Below are positions 40,430 through 49,278 of a stretch of 64,000 bases of DNA, in pieces (the stretch's first letter is position 1; each line of letters opens with the position of its first letter). The stretch lies in the IMG/VR virus record IMGVR_UViG_3300031992_000030, one strand, 5' to 3'. Under the pieces are notes generated by a model that was given only the letters and a program-made list of their open reading frames with translations, searched no databases and had not been told where the DNA came from. Source of the stretch: a virus (taxonomy: Duplodnaviria > Caudoviricetes). The position numbers and the translations under genes are program-made.

Positions 40430-42334
40430 TTATACTTCATACTTCGCTTCTGCAGAATGCTTTTGGATAAATTCTTTTCTTGGTGTTACACTTGTACCCA
40501 TAAGGTCATCAAATAATTTATCTGCTTTCTTGGCATCTTCAACAAGGACTTGGTTAATTATTCTTTGCTTTGGGTCAACTAAGATCATTGTCTCGTCCTT
40601 GTCCATCTCACCTAACCCCTTCATTCTGGTCAGAGTTAACTTCTTCCCGGGATGCGCAGCACGATATTCTTCAAGAGCCTTATCGTCTTTTAAGTAAACA
40701 TATTTGTCTTTAGTTTCTGTTACTCTATAAAGAGGAGGGATACCGGCATATACATATCCTTGTTCAATGAGTTCTGGGCAGAAAGTCCAGATAAACGTAT
40801 AGAACAAGTTCTTGATATGAGCACCATCTACATCGGCATCTGACTCAATGATAATCTTACCATATCTCAATTCATCTGGTTTAAAAGTTAATTTCATTGT
40901 CTTGGGATTAACAGTTAAACCAAAAGCATCTATCATAGTCATAATTTCTGCATTTTTCTGAATGTCTGACAAACTTGCCTTTCTTACATTTAAAATCTTA
41001 CCACGAATAGGAAGTACCGCCTGATACTCATTATCTCTTGCAAGTTTTAAATTACCAGAAGCAGAATCTCCCTCTGTAATATAAATTTCGCACTTCTTTC
41101 TATCTTTTGAACTTGCATCGGCAAGTTTACTATCAAATTTAAGAGCCTTTTGCTTCTTCTTTTCAGTTCCAGTTCTCGCTGCATCTCTTGCTTTTCTTGC
41201 AGCCTCTCTCGCCTTCCTTGCGTTGATAGACTTGTCAGCAATTAATTTAATTTCTTTCTCATTAACCAACATCCAATTATATAATTCTGTTGCAATTGCT
41301 GATGTAAAAGGAAGCATATCAATTTTAGTTACTGTACTCTTAACCTGTGCATCATAAGAAACATTAGGAGTAGTAACATTAAATACTACATACATTCCCT
41401 CTTGAAGGTCATCGCCAGAAAGGTTTTCATCTTTTTCTTTAAGCCAACCCTTTTCCCTAAAGAACTTATTAAATTCTCTTGTAAAAATTGTTTTTATTAA
41501 GGTAATATGAGTACCCTTTTCTGTTAAACCTGTATTTACATATGGTATTAAAGTAAGACTATAATTAGAAGTATAAGTTAAAACCATATCTAACTTATAT
41601 TTACCACTTATAAAATTCATATTAAATCTATTCTGAATTAATTCAGTATCTTTAACACCAGCAGTAACTAAGTCATTAAGTCCATTTTTAGAATAATAAA
41701 CTACATTTGTACCATTATCATTTAAGTTAATGATTAAACCAGGACATAAACAAGCCAAAGTATTAAATAAAGATTTAATTTTACTTATTTCTACTTCAGT
41801 ATGAGTAAAAAATTCTTCACTTGGGAGCCAAGAAACCGTTGTTCCATGTTCACTCTTGTCACAAGTACCTTTTTCTCTTTTTTCAAATATGCCCTCTTTG
41901 AACCAAACTTTTTCTGTTTTACCATCTCTTTTGGTTTCAACAATAAGCCAATGTGAAAGAAACGTAGTAATTTTACTTCCAATACCAAAACTACCAAGAG
42001 ACGTGCCCTCATAGGTGCCATCCTCTCTATATTTTCCCGAGGTGTTTAATACACTAAAAGCAGCTTCAAGAATTGACTTTCTATCTTCTCTAAATTCATT
42101 GGGAATAAAACCTTGACCAAAATCTTGTACTGTTATTTCAGAATTATTAATAGAAACATTAATTTTATCACCGTGACCCAATCTAAACTCATCAATAGAG
42201 TTAGAAATTATCTCTACCAAAAGTTGTGTACTATAATTTGTGTCACCACAATATACACCAGGCTTTAATCTCGTAAAAGACAATGGATCAAGTGACTCAA
42301 TAGAATCTTTATTATATAAATTCTTATCAGTCAT
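40430..42334 (-). CDS. gyrB: Type IIA topoisomerase subunit B
   Basis: EIISNSIDE, DFGQG, EGDSASG, PIRGKILN, DADVDGAHI and KGLGEM; start MTDKN at 42334. Confidence 0.9.
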   Translation of the reverse strand: MTDKNLYNKDSIESLDPLSFTRLKPGVYCGDTNYSTQLLVEIISNSIDEFRLGHGDKINVSINNSEITVQDFGQGFIPNEFREDRKSILEAAFSVLNTSGKYREDGTYEGTSLGSFGIGSKITTFLSHWLIVETKRDGKTEKVWFKEGIFEKREKGTCDKSEHGTTVSWLPSEEFFTHTEVEISKIKSLFNTLACLCPGLIINLNDNGTNVVYYSKNGLNDLVTAGVKDTELIQNRFNMNFISGKYKLDMVLTYTSNYSLTLIPYVNTGLTEKGTHITLIKTIFTREFNKFFREKGWLKEKDENLSGDDLQEGMYVVFNVTTPNVSYDAQVKSTVTKIDMLPFTSAIATELYNWMLVNEKEIKLIADKSINARKAREAARKARDAARTGTEKKKQKALKFDSKLADASSKDRKKCEIYITEGDSASGNLKLARDNEYQAVLPIRGKILNVRKASLSDIQKNAEIMTMIDAFGLTVNPKTMKLTFKPDELRYGKIIIESDADVDGAHIKNLFYTFIWTFCPELIEQGYVYAGIPPLYRVTETKDKYVYLKDDKALEEYRAAHPGKKLTLTRMKGLGEMDKDETMILVDPKQRIINQVLVEDAKKADKLFDDLMGTSVTPRKEFIQKHSAEAKYEV

Positions 42335-42365
42335 TCTTTTTCTCCTTTTTATAGTTTTCAATAAT

Positions 42366-42394
42366 ATTATAACATAAAATTTCAAAATTGTCAA
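42366..42394 (-). promoter_or_regulatory. sigmaA-type promoter of gyrB
   Basis: TTGACA-17-TATAAT with extended TG. Confidence 0.85.
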
Positions 42395-42458
42395 ATTAGA
42401 ATTTTATGACCAAGAATTTTGGAATTTTTCAAAAAAATTGTATAATATTTTTAGGCAT

Positions 42459-42506
42459 AAAAAAATCCCTCGATAGATAAAGACAAACATCTAAATCTAT
42501 CGAGGG
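42459..42506 (-). terminator. Terminator after the endolysin
   Basis: CCCTCGATAGAT / ATCTATCGAGGG 12-bp stem plus an A-run. Confidence 0.75.
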
Positions 42507-42549
42507 TAGTAATAATAATTAAATTAAATGTATATAATATTTATCTTTA

Positions 42550-43530
42550 TCAAATTTTAGTAGTATATTTAAGTGAAATATATTGTTCTGTTTCAATTTT
42601 TCCCCAACCATTTATTTCTTCAAGAATAGTTACAACATAACCAAAAGGAAGTGGACTTCTTACAGTAGGATAATTTGTACCTGGGCCTTTTCTTACATTA
42701 AGACCTGACTTTGAATTTACTTTTGCTTTGTAACCTATTGTAGTCTTTGCGGCAATTGCTGCTGCGAGAGCAGCTTCTGACTTAGGTCCCCATAATCCGT
42801 CTGGATCCATTCCAGCCTTTTTCTGGAAATCAAGTACAGCAGCTTGAGTATTCTTACCCCAATCACCATCTTCTGTAAGTTTATATCCTACCTGATTTAA
42901 TCCATGCTGAATCTTCTTAACTTCCTCTCCCTTTGAACCAAGGTGTGGATAAGGAATTGGGTCAGAAGTAGGCACTGGTGAAACTTCTGCTTTGGAGCCG
43001 TTCTCAATAGCAATTGCAACGTGGTGCTTTTCATTAAGAATAATATCTCCTTCAAGTAAGTAATCACCTGATGTAAGGTACTTCTTCTCGGTCAGAATCG
43101 TGAACTCGCCACTGGCCGCACACAAACTCTTCAAATCGCCAGTATATGCCAATTTATTTTCTCTATTTTTATTTCTCATTTTCTCTTCTGGTGTACCGGT
43201 AGCAACAATAACGGCAGCAACGAGAGCGCTACAATCTGTTTCTGTTGGTTTTGTAATTTTAGAAAAATCATTACCAACTTTTTTAACTTCTGTTAAAAGT
43301 TTTTCTCTCTCCCACTGGTCATATCCAATATTGTCATTTGCACAAGCGGCTTTCATTGCTTCAGCCATTCTATGTGCCTTTTTTCTATCTTTTGGTCGTA
43401 TAACTACGTCCCAACCAGTTTTACCATAACTATACCAATTAGTAATTTTTACCTCTTTTCCATTTTGGTCTCCGGCCTTGCCGCCGTGAGCCTGTCCCTT
43501 TTCATCTATTGAGGCTTGTGCTATTCTCAT
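42550..43530 (-). CDS. Endolysin: NlpC/P60-like Cys peptidase plus PG-binding domain plus SH3b
   Basis: IGYDQ, DCSALV and HHVAI catalytic motifs; GSKGEEVKKIQ...DGDWGKNT...DGLWGPKS; LNVRKGPGTNY...GW. Confidence 0.85.
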   Translation of the reverse strand: MRIAQASIDEKGQAHGGKAGDQNGKEVKITNWYSYGKTGWDVVIRPKDRKKAHRMAEAMKAACANDNIGYDQWEREKLLTEVKKVGNDFSKITKPTETDCSALVAAVIVATGTPEEKMRNKNRENKLAYTGDLKSLCAASGEFTILTEKKYLTSGDYLLEGDIILNEKHHVAIAIENGSKAEVSPVPTSDPIPYPHLGSKGEEVKKIQHGLNQVGYKLTEDGDWGKNTQAAVLDFQKKAGMDPDGLWGPKSEAALAAAIAAKTTIGYKAKVNSKSGLNVRKGPGTNYPTVRSPLPFGYVVTILEEINGWGKIETEQYISLKYTTKI

Positions 43531-43545
43531 TTTTCATTTCCTCCT

Positions 43546-43710
43546 TTACCAATATGTTTTTTGTAAACCCAATGTACAAAGACATATACCTGAACCACCA
43601 TTTTTAGGATTATTAGAACAGGTATCACAAGGACTTATAGTTTTATCTTCTTGTGTTATGTAATTATAAAAATTTAAATCTTTAAATTCAAAATCTTCAT
43701 ACTTGTCCAT
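43546..43710 (-). CDS. Small Cys-rich protein
   Basis: PCDTCSNNPKNGGSGICLCTLG; GGAG RBS. Confidence 0.6.
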   Translation of the reverse strand: MDKYEDFEFKDLNFYNYITQEDKTISPCDTCSNNPKNGGSGICLCTLGLQKTYW

Positions 43711-43711
43711 A

Positions 43712-44944
43712 TTACATCTCCTCCGCCTTTTGGGCAATCTTACTTCTGTGACAATTCTTCAAATAAGCAGTACCAAAATATGGCTCATTTTTAAAGACCT
43801 GACACAATCTTTTTAATCCATTATTTGCACCTTCATAATCTACCATATCAACTTGTGTGAAATCATCGCCGCAGATAACACAAACTGAATCTTCTCCGAT
43901 TCTCTGTAACATTAATTTCATCATTTCAACAGTTGAGTTTTGTGCTTCATCTATATAAATTCCACAATTCATACCCGTACTATCAAAACCTCTAATATCA
44001 GATACGGGTAGTAATAGTAATTTATCTTCTGCAATAAGTTTTTCTACCGCAATCATATCTCCAAGTTTACTAGCTAATAAGTTACCAACCTGCGAGTCCA
44101 GAAGTTTTTCGTCTCTGGTGCCAGGATAGAAACCGAGCTTAGCACTTCCCTTCGTAGCGACCGTGTTGCAGAAAACAATGATTTTGTCAATTTTTCCATT
44201 ATCCAACAGGGCAAAAAGATATCCAAGACCTAGGTAGCTCTTACCTGTACCAGCAGGGCCGCGCAAAACAGTTAACTTATTTCTAACTAAACTATCACAC
44301 GCCATTTTCTGATATATATCATCTTTTAAAGGTTTTACTTCACCAAAATAATTAGAGAAAAAAGCATTAGTTTTAATTCTTTTATGCTCTTCTCCATTCC
44401 ACATATATAAGTCTAATATGTTTCCCACAATATCTTTGATAACTACATATTCATTAACAAAGAGATTGAACATATTATCTCCCAAATTAGAATAAAAATC
44501 ACACATTTGAGTATCAGTAAGCATAACTTCTCTGTATCCAAAATATTCTTCTTCCTTGACTTCTTCTACTGGTGTTACGTGTTTTAGTACCAGTTGCGCA
44601 ATATTGCGGCAAGCCCTATCTCCGGTTACAAACTCTATATCCTTACTCTTGGAGTAAAAATATGGTTTGTTTAAGTAACACGCACAAGCAACGATTTTAG
44701 CATCATCGTTGATTTCCAAATCAAGTTTCTTTAATGGTTTAAGCATTTTGTTTTGAAAAGTTACTACTTCGTGATCGACTATATCTAAATCACGTAGTGC
44801 TCTTCTTGCCTTGTATTTCACTTCGTCACTTTTTCTTTCAGAGTTCTTTATATTCTCCAATTCTTTTAAAGTAATTGAAGATATTGCAAAGTTCTCTGCA
44901 GGCAGATTTCCAGATAACAAAGCGTTAGTATCTAAGAATTTCAT
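43712..44944 (-). CDS. phoH: PIN-domain PhoH-like ATPase (PhoH2 type)
   Basis: FLDTNALL...ELE...NDD...TGD PIN motifs; GPAGTGKS, LGFYPG, IRG, IDEAQN, RIGE and HRS. Confidence 0.88.
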   Translation of the reverse strand: MKFLDTNALLSGNLPAENFAISSITLKELENIKNSERKSDEVKYKARRALRDLDIVDHEVVTFQNKMLKPLKKLDLEINDDAKIVACACYLNKPYFYSKSKDIEFVTGDRACRNIAQLVLKHVTPVEEVKEEEYFGYREVMLTDTQMCDFYSNLGDNMFNLFVNEYVVIKDIVGNILDLYMWNGEEHKRIKTNAFFSNYFGEVKPLKDDIYQKMACDSLVRNKLTVLRGPAGTGKSYLGLGYLFALLDNGKIDKIIVFCNTVATKGSAKLGFYPGTRDEKLLDSQVGNLLASKLGDMIAVEKLIAEDKLLLLPVSDIRGFDSTGMNCGIYIDEAQNSTVEMMKLMLQRIGEDSVCVICGDDFTQVDMVDYEGANNGLKRLCQVFKNEPYFGTAYLKNCHRSKIAQKAEEM

Positions 44945-45195
44945 TCTTCTTCTTCCTCCGGTTCTTCTTCTTCATCATCTTCTTTACAAATATAACAACC
45001 TGTATCAAAGCCAATAGCTGGAGCGCGCTCCACTTCGTCATTGTCTATTTCTTGTTGTATTTTCATCATTTGTAATTGAATTTTTCCTTTTGATAATTCA
45101 AATTTCATACAAATAAATGATATAAAAGATTCAACAACCGGTAATGCAATTTCAGCAAATGCTATACCAAGGATAAAATATAACAATTCTGTCAT
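44941..45195 (-). CDS. Membrane protein with acidic tail
   Basis: N-terminal TM, AIGF motif, poly-E; AAGGAGG RBS. Confidence 0.65.
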   Translation of the reverse strand: MTELLYFILGIAFAEIALPVVESFISFICMKFELSKGKIQLQMMKIQQEIDNDEVERAPAIGFDTGCYICKEDDEEEEPEEEEE

Positions 45196-45246
45196 ATTAT
45201 GTCCTCCTTTTTTCTCTTACTTCTGGGAATATTCCCTAATATATAT

Positions 45247-45277
45247 AAAAAATAAGGAGGGTTTTTTAACCCCCCTT
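45247..45277 (-). terminator. Probable terminator
   Basis: AAGGAGGGTT / AACCCCCCTT imperfect stem plus an A-run. Confidence 0.55.
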
Positions 45278-45706
45278 GACCAATCCTCTATGTTTACGAG
45301 CTTTTTGATAAAATTCTTCTTTTAACTTAATATATTCAGCAGTTTCTTGTAACTTAAAATTCTTAAATTCGTTAAGTTCGGCTATATCGGATTTGATTTC
45401 GTGCATCTTTTTACGCATACGTCTTGCTTCGAAAGACTTAGAATTGAATTTTTTACATTGAGTCATTTCATTATATAGAGATTCGATTGCTTTAAGTTGG
45501 GGTTTAAGTTCTTTATTTATAATATAAGTTAAATGCTTAACCTGAGCCCTGTTGAGTGCTATAAAAGTTCCAACTTTTTCGCTTTTCATATCTTGATCCT
45601 GTTCGTGACATTTAGCAGTACCTACAAAAGTCATTCCATTTTCGTGAATTGTAACAATGGCCAAGCCTAACTCCTCTTCCCAACTATATATATATTTTAC
45701 TGACAT
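45266..45706 (-). CDS. Conserved phage hypothetical protein
   Basis: GTAKCHEQD...G..IA motif followed by a coiled coil. Confidence 0.65.
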   Translation of the reverse strand: MSVKYIYSWEEELGLAIVTIHENGMTFVGTAKCHEQDQDMKSEKVGTFIALNRAQVKHLTYIINKELKPQLKAIESLYNEMTQCKKFNSKSFEARRMRKKMHEIKSDIAELNEFKNFKLQETAEYIKLKEEFYQKARKHRGLVKGG

Positions 45707-45733
45707 AGAAAACTCCTTTTATCATTTTCTAAT

Positions 45734-45761
45734 ATTTTAACATTTTTTTTGACTTTTCCAA
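45734..45761 (-). promoter_or_regulatory. Weaker sigmaA-type promoter
   Basis: TTGGAA-16-TAAAAT with extended TG. Confidence 0.4.
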
Positions 45762-45830
45762 AGAAAAATTTATATAGGTGCGGGCGTTGGTCAGGACGAT
45801 CGCGGGGGTCAGTTAAAACCCCCGCATTAG

Positions 45831-46019
45831 TCAGTTCTTTAATCCCATAGATGTTACAAATCGTTCATAACAACTTGCACAAATATCCAATTCTGGCTCG
45901 ACTATACCACCATAAAGATCAATTTTCTTTCTTATAATATATTTCTGCTTACTATAATTATCTCTTTTATTGTCCAATTCTTTATTGCAAATATCGCAAT
46001 AATAAACTTCCTTTTTCAT
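45831..46019 (-). CDS. Zn-finger hypothetical protein
   Basis: YCDIC...DICASC. Confidence 0.65.
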   Translation of the reverse strand: MKKEVYYCDICNKELDNKRDNYSKQKYIIRKKIDLYGGIVEPELDICASCYERFVTSMGLKN

Positions 46020-46022
46020 TAA

Positions 46023-46289
46023 TTACCTCCAACTTGATCTAACTATCCAGTGCTTTCTTCCTCGTTCAAGATACAAAATACCGTGATCATCAAGGTCATA
46101 CTCTACCATACTATCAAGCGTAGCCATAGCCTCTTCCTTTGTGTCGCAAACTATATCACTATGCAAAGTCAAGTTGCCGTGATATCCATTACTAAGACCA
46201 GGGGTATACGCAAACGCGTTCAAGTGTCTAAGTATCTTAGATTCAGAAGTATTAAAATCATATGTAGTATATCTGTAATTAAGTAACAT
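46023..46289 (-). CDS. Hypothetical protein
   Basis: 88-aa ORF in an operon. Confidence 0.6.
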   Translation of the reverse strand: MLLNYRYTTYDFNTSESKILRHLNAFAYTPGLSNGYHGNLTLHSDIVCDTKEEAMATLDSMVEYDLDDHGILYLERGRKHWIVRSSWR

Positions 46290-46291
46290 AT

Positions 46292-46609
46292 TCAGTTCAC
46301 CCCCATTATCTTGTTCTCGTTCTTGAGTGTCGCATCGACCCTCGCCGCAAGCTCTCCATAAGTTAAAACCCTATTTTGATGCTCGTCAAAATTACCATTT
46401 TTAAACTCGAATAAAAAATCTTCGTAAGTGTAATTATCATCACACTCACAAAAATTAACTTCTTGTTTACAATGGATACAATAAAGTCTTTTTAAATGTC
46501 CTCGTTCTCGATACTGATTTCGTTTCCGAGCGACACTTATACCCTTATTCCCGCACTTGCAACAATAAAATTCGTGCGAGAAATCAAAGCCTCTGTTTTG
46601 TTTTCCCAT
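46292..46609 (-). CDS. Zn-ribbon protein resembling ribosomal protein bL33
   Basis: CCKCG...RKRNQYRERGHLKRLYCIHCKQEVNFCE. Confidence 0.55.
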   Translation of the reverse strand: MGKQNRGFDFSHEFYCCKCGNKGISVARKRNQYRERGHLKRLYCIHCKQEVNFCECDDNYTYEDFLFEFKNGNFDEHQNRVLTYGELAARVDATLKNENKIMGVN

Positions 46610-46643
46610 TTATTATCACTTCCTTTATTTTTTCTATACATAT

Positions 46644-46672
46644 ATTATATCATAAAAAAATAAGTCTGTCAA
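46644..46672 (-). promoter_or_regulatory. sigmaA-type promoter
   Basis: TTGACA-17-TATAAT with extended TG. Confidence 0.85.
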
Positions 46673-46688
46673 GGTAAATTTTTATAAT

Positions 46689-46716
46689 AAAAAAAGGGAC
46701 TCATTACTGAGTCCCT
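46689..46716 (-). terminator. Terminator closing the adhesin cluster
   Basis: AGGGACTCA / TGAGTCCCT stem plus an A-run. Confidence 0.85.
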
Positions 46717-46721
46717 ACTGT

Positions 46722-47957
46722 TTAACTTTGTGGATAATAACTATTTATTAATTCTTGAGCATAATTATACTCTTCTTTTGTACTTCTTATAAGAGAGAAA
46801 ATCTTGTTTCCTGTCTCTTCATCTGGTGTAACTAAATATACTTGTTTAATTAATGTCATACAATCTTGCAAGTCCTGTTTCAAATTAGCGACTGTAGCAT
46901 CAAATTCTTCTTGTATAGCATAATTTCCAAAATTATTATGTGTTTGAGGCTCAAGAGTGCAGAAAGTAAAATATGTATTATAGCCTACGATACCATCATG
47001 TTCGTATACATAATCTATGAGAGTTTTCATTTGTCCATTTGTATCATTTGCTACCGGTTTTGCCTCTTTAACTCTTTGTACTAAAGCGGTTAATAAACTC
47101 TCTGTCTGCCATTTGGTTCCAGATGGTTCACCAGAGATAGTAGTACCTTGAATATAAGCGTTTTGTGCGTCGATAGCATTAGCTAAAAGTATATTTGATA
47201 CATAATTCTGTAAATAATTTGTTTGAAGACCGCTCTTAAGGTCGGCTACATCCTCTAAAGATTCATAAGTAAAATCAATATACACAGGAATTTCGGTAGC
47301 ACTTGTAATTAAATTATTATATACACCATATGTAGTATTAAAAGAGTCAATCAAGTTCTTTTGAGCCTGATATTCTGTATCCCAAGAGTGGACACTATCT
47401 ATACCAAATCTAACTGTTTTAAATTTATAGTCAAAGTTATACTTTTTGGTATTCCAAGTGCTTTTTTGGGTAATATCAGGGTTATCTATATTATTAGAAT
47501 AAATAGCAACCAATTCATCGCCTAAACTTTTCATTTGGGTTCTGTATTCAGAATTTGAGTTTTCATATACAGTAGTATAGTTATGTTGATTATCTTGAGC
47601 ATACATATATTCCATATACTCAGCCATTTCTTGCAACCATGCGGCAGCTTCTTGGGTTCTCCACATAATACCTTTTGTACTATTTGCCCAGATATACCAC
47701 TCTGCACCGGTTTCATCAACAAGAATTATTTTATCAAATTTGTTATTTTCTTTTGCTTCTTCAATTTCTTGTTTTATAGTTTTGTTATTATCAGAAACAC
47801 CAAATTTGGAAAAAATTGCTTTTCCTATATCTCTTAAAGAAATTTTTCTTGAAGCCTTTGCTCTATTTGAATTTAATGTGCAAATTTCAAGAGTATCACT
47901 TGAATTTACAACATCTGAACTTACAGAAGTAAGTTGTGATATTTTCTTTTGTGGCAT
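46722..47957 (-). CDS. Putative virion appendage protein (KISxL N-terminal module, helical body)
   Basis: N-terminus KKISQLTS...SRKISL, shared with the three adjacent genes. Confidence 0.5.
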   Translation of the reverse strand: MPQKKISQLTSVSSDVVNSSDTLEICTLNSNRAKASRKISLRDIGKAIFSKFGVSDNNKTIKQEIEEAKENNKFDKIILVDETGAEWYIWANSTKGIMWRTQEAAAWLQEMAEYMEYMYAQDNQHNYTTVYENSNSEYRTQMKSLGDELVAIYSNNIDNPDITQKSTWNTKKYNFDYKFKTVRFGIDSVHSWDTEYQAQKNLIDSFNTTYGVYNNLITSATEIPVYIDFTYESLEDVADLKSGLQTNYLQNYVSNILLANAIDAQNAYIQGTTISGEPSGTKWQTESLLTALVQRVKEAKPVANDTNGQMKTLIDYVYEHDGIVGYNTYFTFCTLEPQTHNNFGNYAIQEEFDATVANLKQDLQDCMTLIKQVYLVTPDEETGNKIFSLIRSTKEEYNYAQELINSYYPQS

Positions 47958-47972
47958 TTACTTACTCCTTTC

Positions 47973-49190
47973 TTAAGTCCAACTATAAGTCGGAATTCCA
48001 TTAGTTACTGTGCAAGTTAAAGTATATGTTCCATCTGTTGTAGGGGGGTCTGGAAGCATTGTATTAAGACTTTTACTTCCCATAAAAGTTAAATCACCAG
48101 CAATCATCTCATTACCAGACCAATCAAGAGTGCGGGCATTACTACGAGTGGTAACAGCGGGTGTTACAGAAGAATCATAAGTTCCATTTCCAATAATTTC
48201 AGCATATACATCTTGATTATCTTCTATATTATATCTACCACCAGCGTGTTGATTTTCACTAGCTGCTATGGTACCATAACCTTCTGCGTGAGAATTTTGT
48301 GCCGTTGCTTTACAACCTGCACCTTCCGCATGTGCTTGTGCAGCCGTAGCTTGAGTACCTCCACCTTCTGCGTGAGATTGCATACCAGAAGCAAGTGTAC
48401 CTGCACCTTCTGCGTGAGAATCATCGCCAGTTGCTCTACAACCTGCACCTTCTGAGTGTGACTGTGCTCCACTTGCAATGCTACCAGCACCTTCGGCATG
48501 GGCACTAGTATTTGAAGCTTGTGTAAAAGTACCTTCAGCATGGGATGAATTACCAGAAGCTGTAGTACTAGTACCCTCAGAATGAGCATTTGCACCAGAA
48601 GCTGTAGTACTAGTACCCTCAGAATGAGTATTTGCAGCAGAAGCGGAAGTACTTGAACCTTCAGCATGTGCATTTGTAGCAGAAGCAGTACAACCATTTC
48701 CTTCAGCATGTGCTCTTTGCGCTGAAACAGTATTATTTTGTCCTTCTACATGTGAAACTGCTCCATTAGCAGTTATAGTATTACTATAACCTTCTGCATG
48801 AATGTTAGCAGATAAAACAGTAGGGTCTATTGTGTGATTAGCACCTTCTATATATTGCTTATTTTCCCATTTTTCAGTTGTAGAATTATATTGTAAAAGC
48901 TGATTTGCGGCGGGGTTAGTTATCGTCACGTCGGTTAGGTCACTGAGTACCTCACGACCGCCGGCCGCAAGTTCGTCAATTGCTCCTTGTACATTGGTTG
49001 CGGTTAATCCAGATTCAGAATTATCATATTCCATATCTTCTGTTGGTAATGCTCCCGCAAGTGCTTCAATATTTATTCTTCTATCTTCATATGTTTCTGG
49101 GTTATCACTAACTTTGTGAGCCAAATATAAGCCATCTTGTGAACCAACTTCACTTGAACTAATAGTTTCTAAACTACTCAATTTTGCCAT
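47973..49190 (-). CDS. Fibre/adhesin with YadA-head-like (Hep_Hag) repeats
   Basis: 14-aa SHAEGxGTxASG repeats; start MAKLSSL with AAGGAGG RBS; YDNSESGLTATNVQGAIDEL trimer module. Confidence 0.75.
   Translation of the reverse strand: MAKLSSLETISSSEVGSQDGLYLAHKVSDNPETYEDRRINIEALAGALPTEDMEYDNSESGLTATNVQGAIDELAAGGREVLSDLTDVTITNPAANQLLQYNSTTEKWENKQYIEGANHTIDPTVLSANIHAEGYSNTITANGAVSHVEGQNNTVSAQRAHAEGNGCTASATNAHAEGSSTSASAANTHSEGTSTTASGANAHSEGTSTTASGNSSHAEGTFTQASNTSAHAEGAGSIASGAQSHSEGAGCRATGDDSHAEGAGTLASGMQSHAEGGGTQATAAQAHAEGAGCKATAQNSHAEGYGTIAASENQHAGGRYNIEDNQDVYAEIIGNGTYDSSVTPAVTTRSNARTLDWSGNEMIAGDLTFMGSKSLNTMLPDPPTTDGTYTLTCTVTNGIPTYSWT
48552..48635. repeat. 42-bp tandem duplication (41/42 identical)
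   Basis: ACCAGAAGCTGTAGTACTAGTACCCTCAGAATGAG(C/T)ATTTGC occurs twice. Confidence 0.9.
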
Positions 49191-49237
49191 TTTGTATTTT
49201 ACCTCCTTCTTCTCTATTTTATTATTCAATAATTATG

Positions 49238-49273
49238 AAAAAAAATAAGGGTAGATTATAATAATCTACCCTT
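49238..49273 (-). terminator. Terminator-like hairpin, copy 1
   Basis: AAGGGTAGATTA / TAATCTACCCTT plus an A-run; near-identical to 52345-52381. Confidence 0.75.
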
Positions 49274-49278
49274 TTAAA

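Noticed and set aside
14904-42334. Inteins or introns in nrdD, dnaE, dnaB, ligA or gyrA/gyrB
   Set aside because: Lengths and motif spacing are normal, with no intein splice motifs or interrupted frames.
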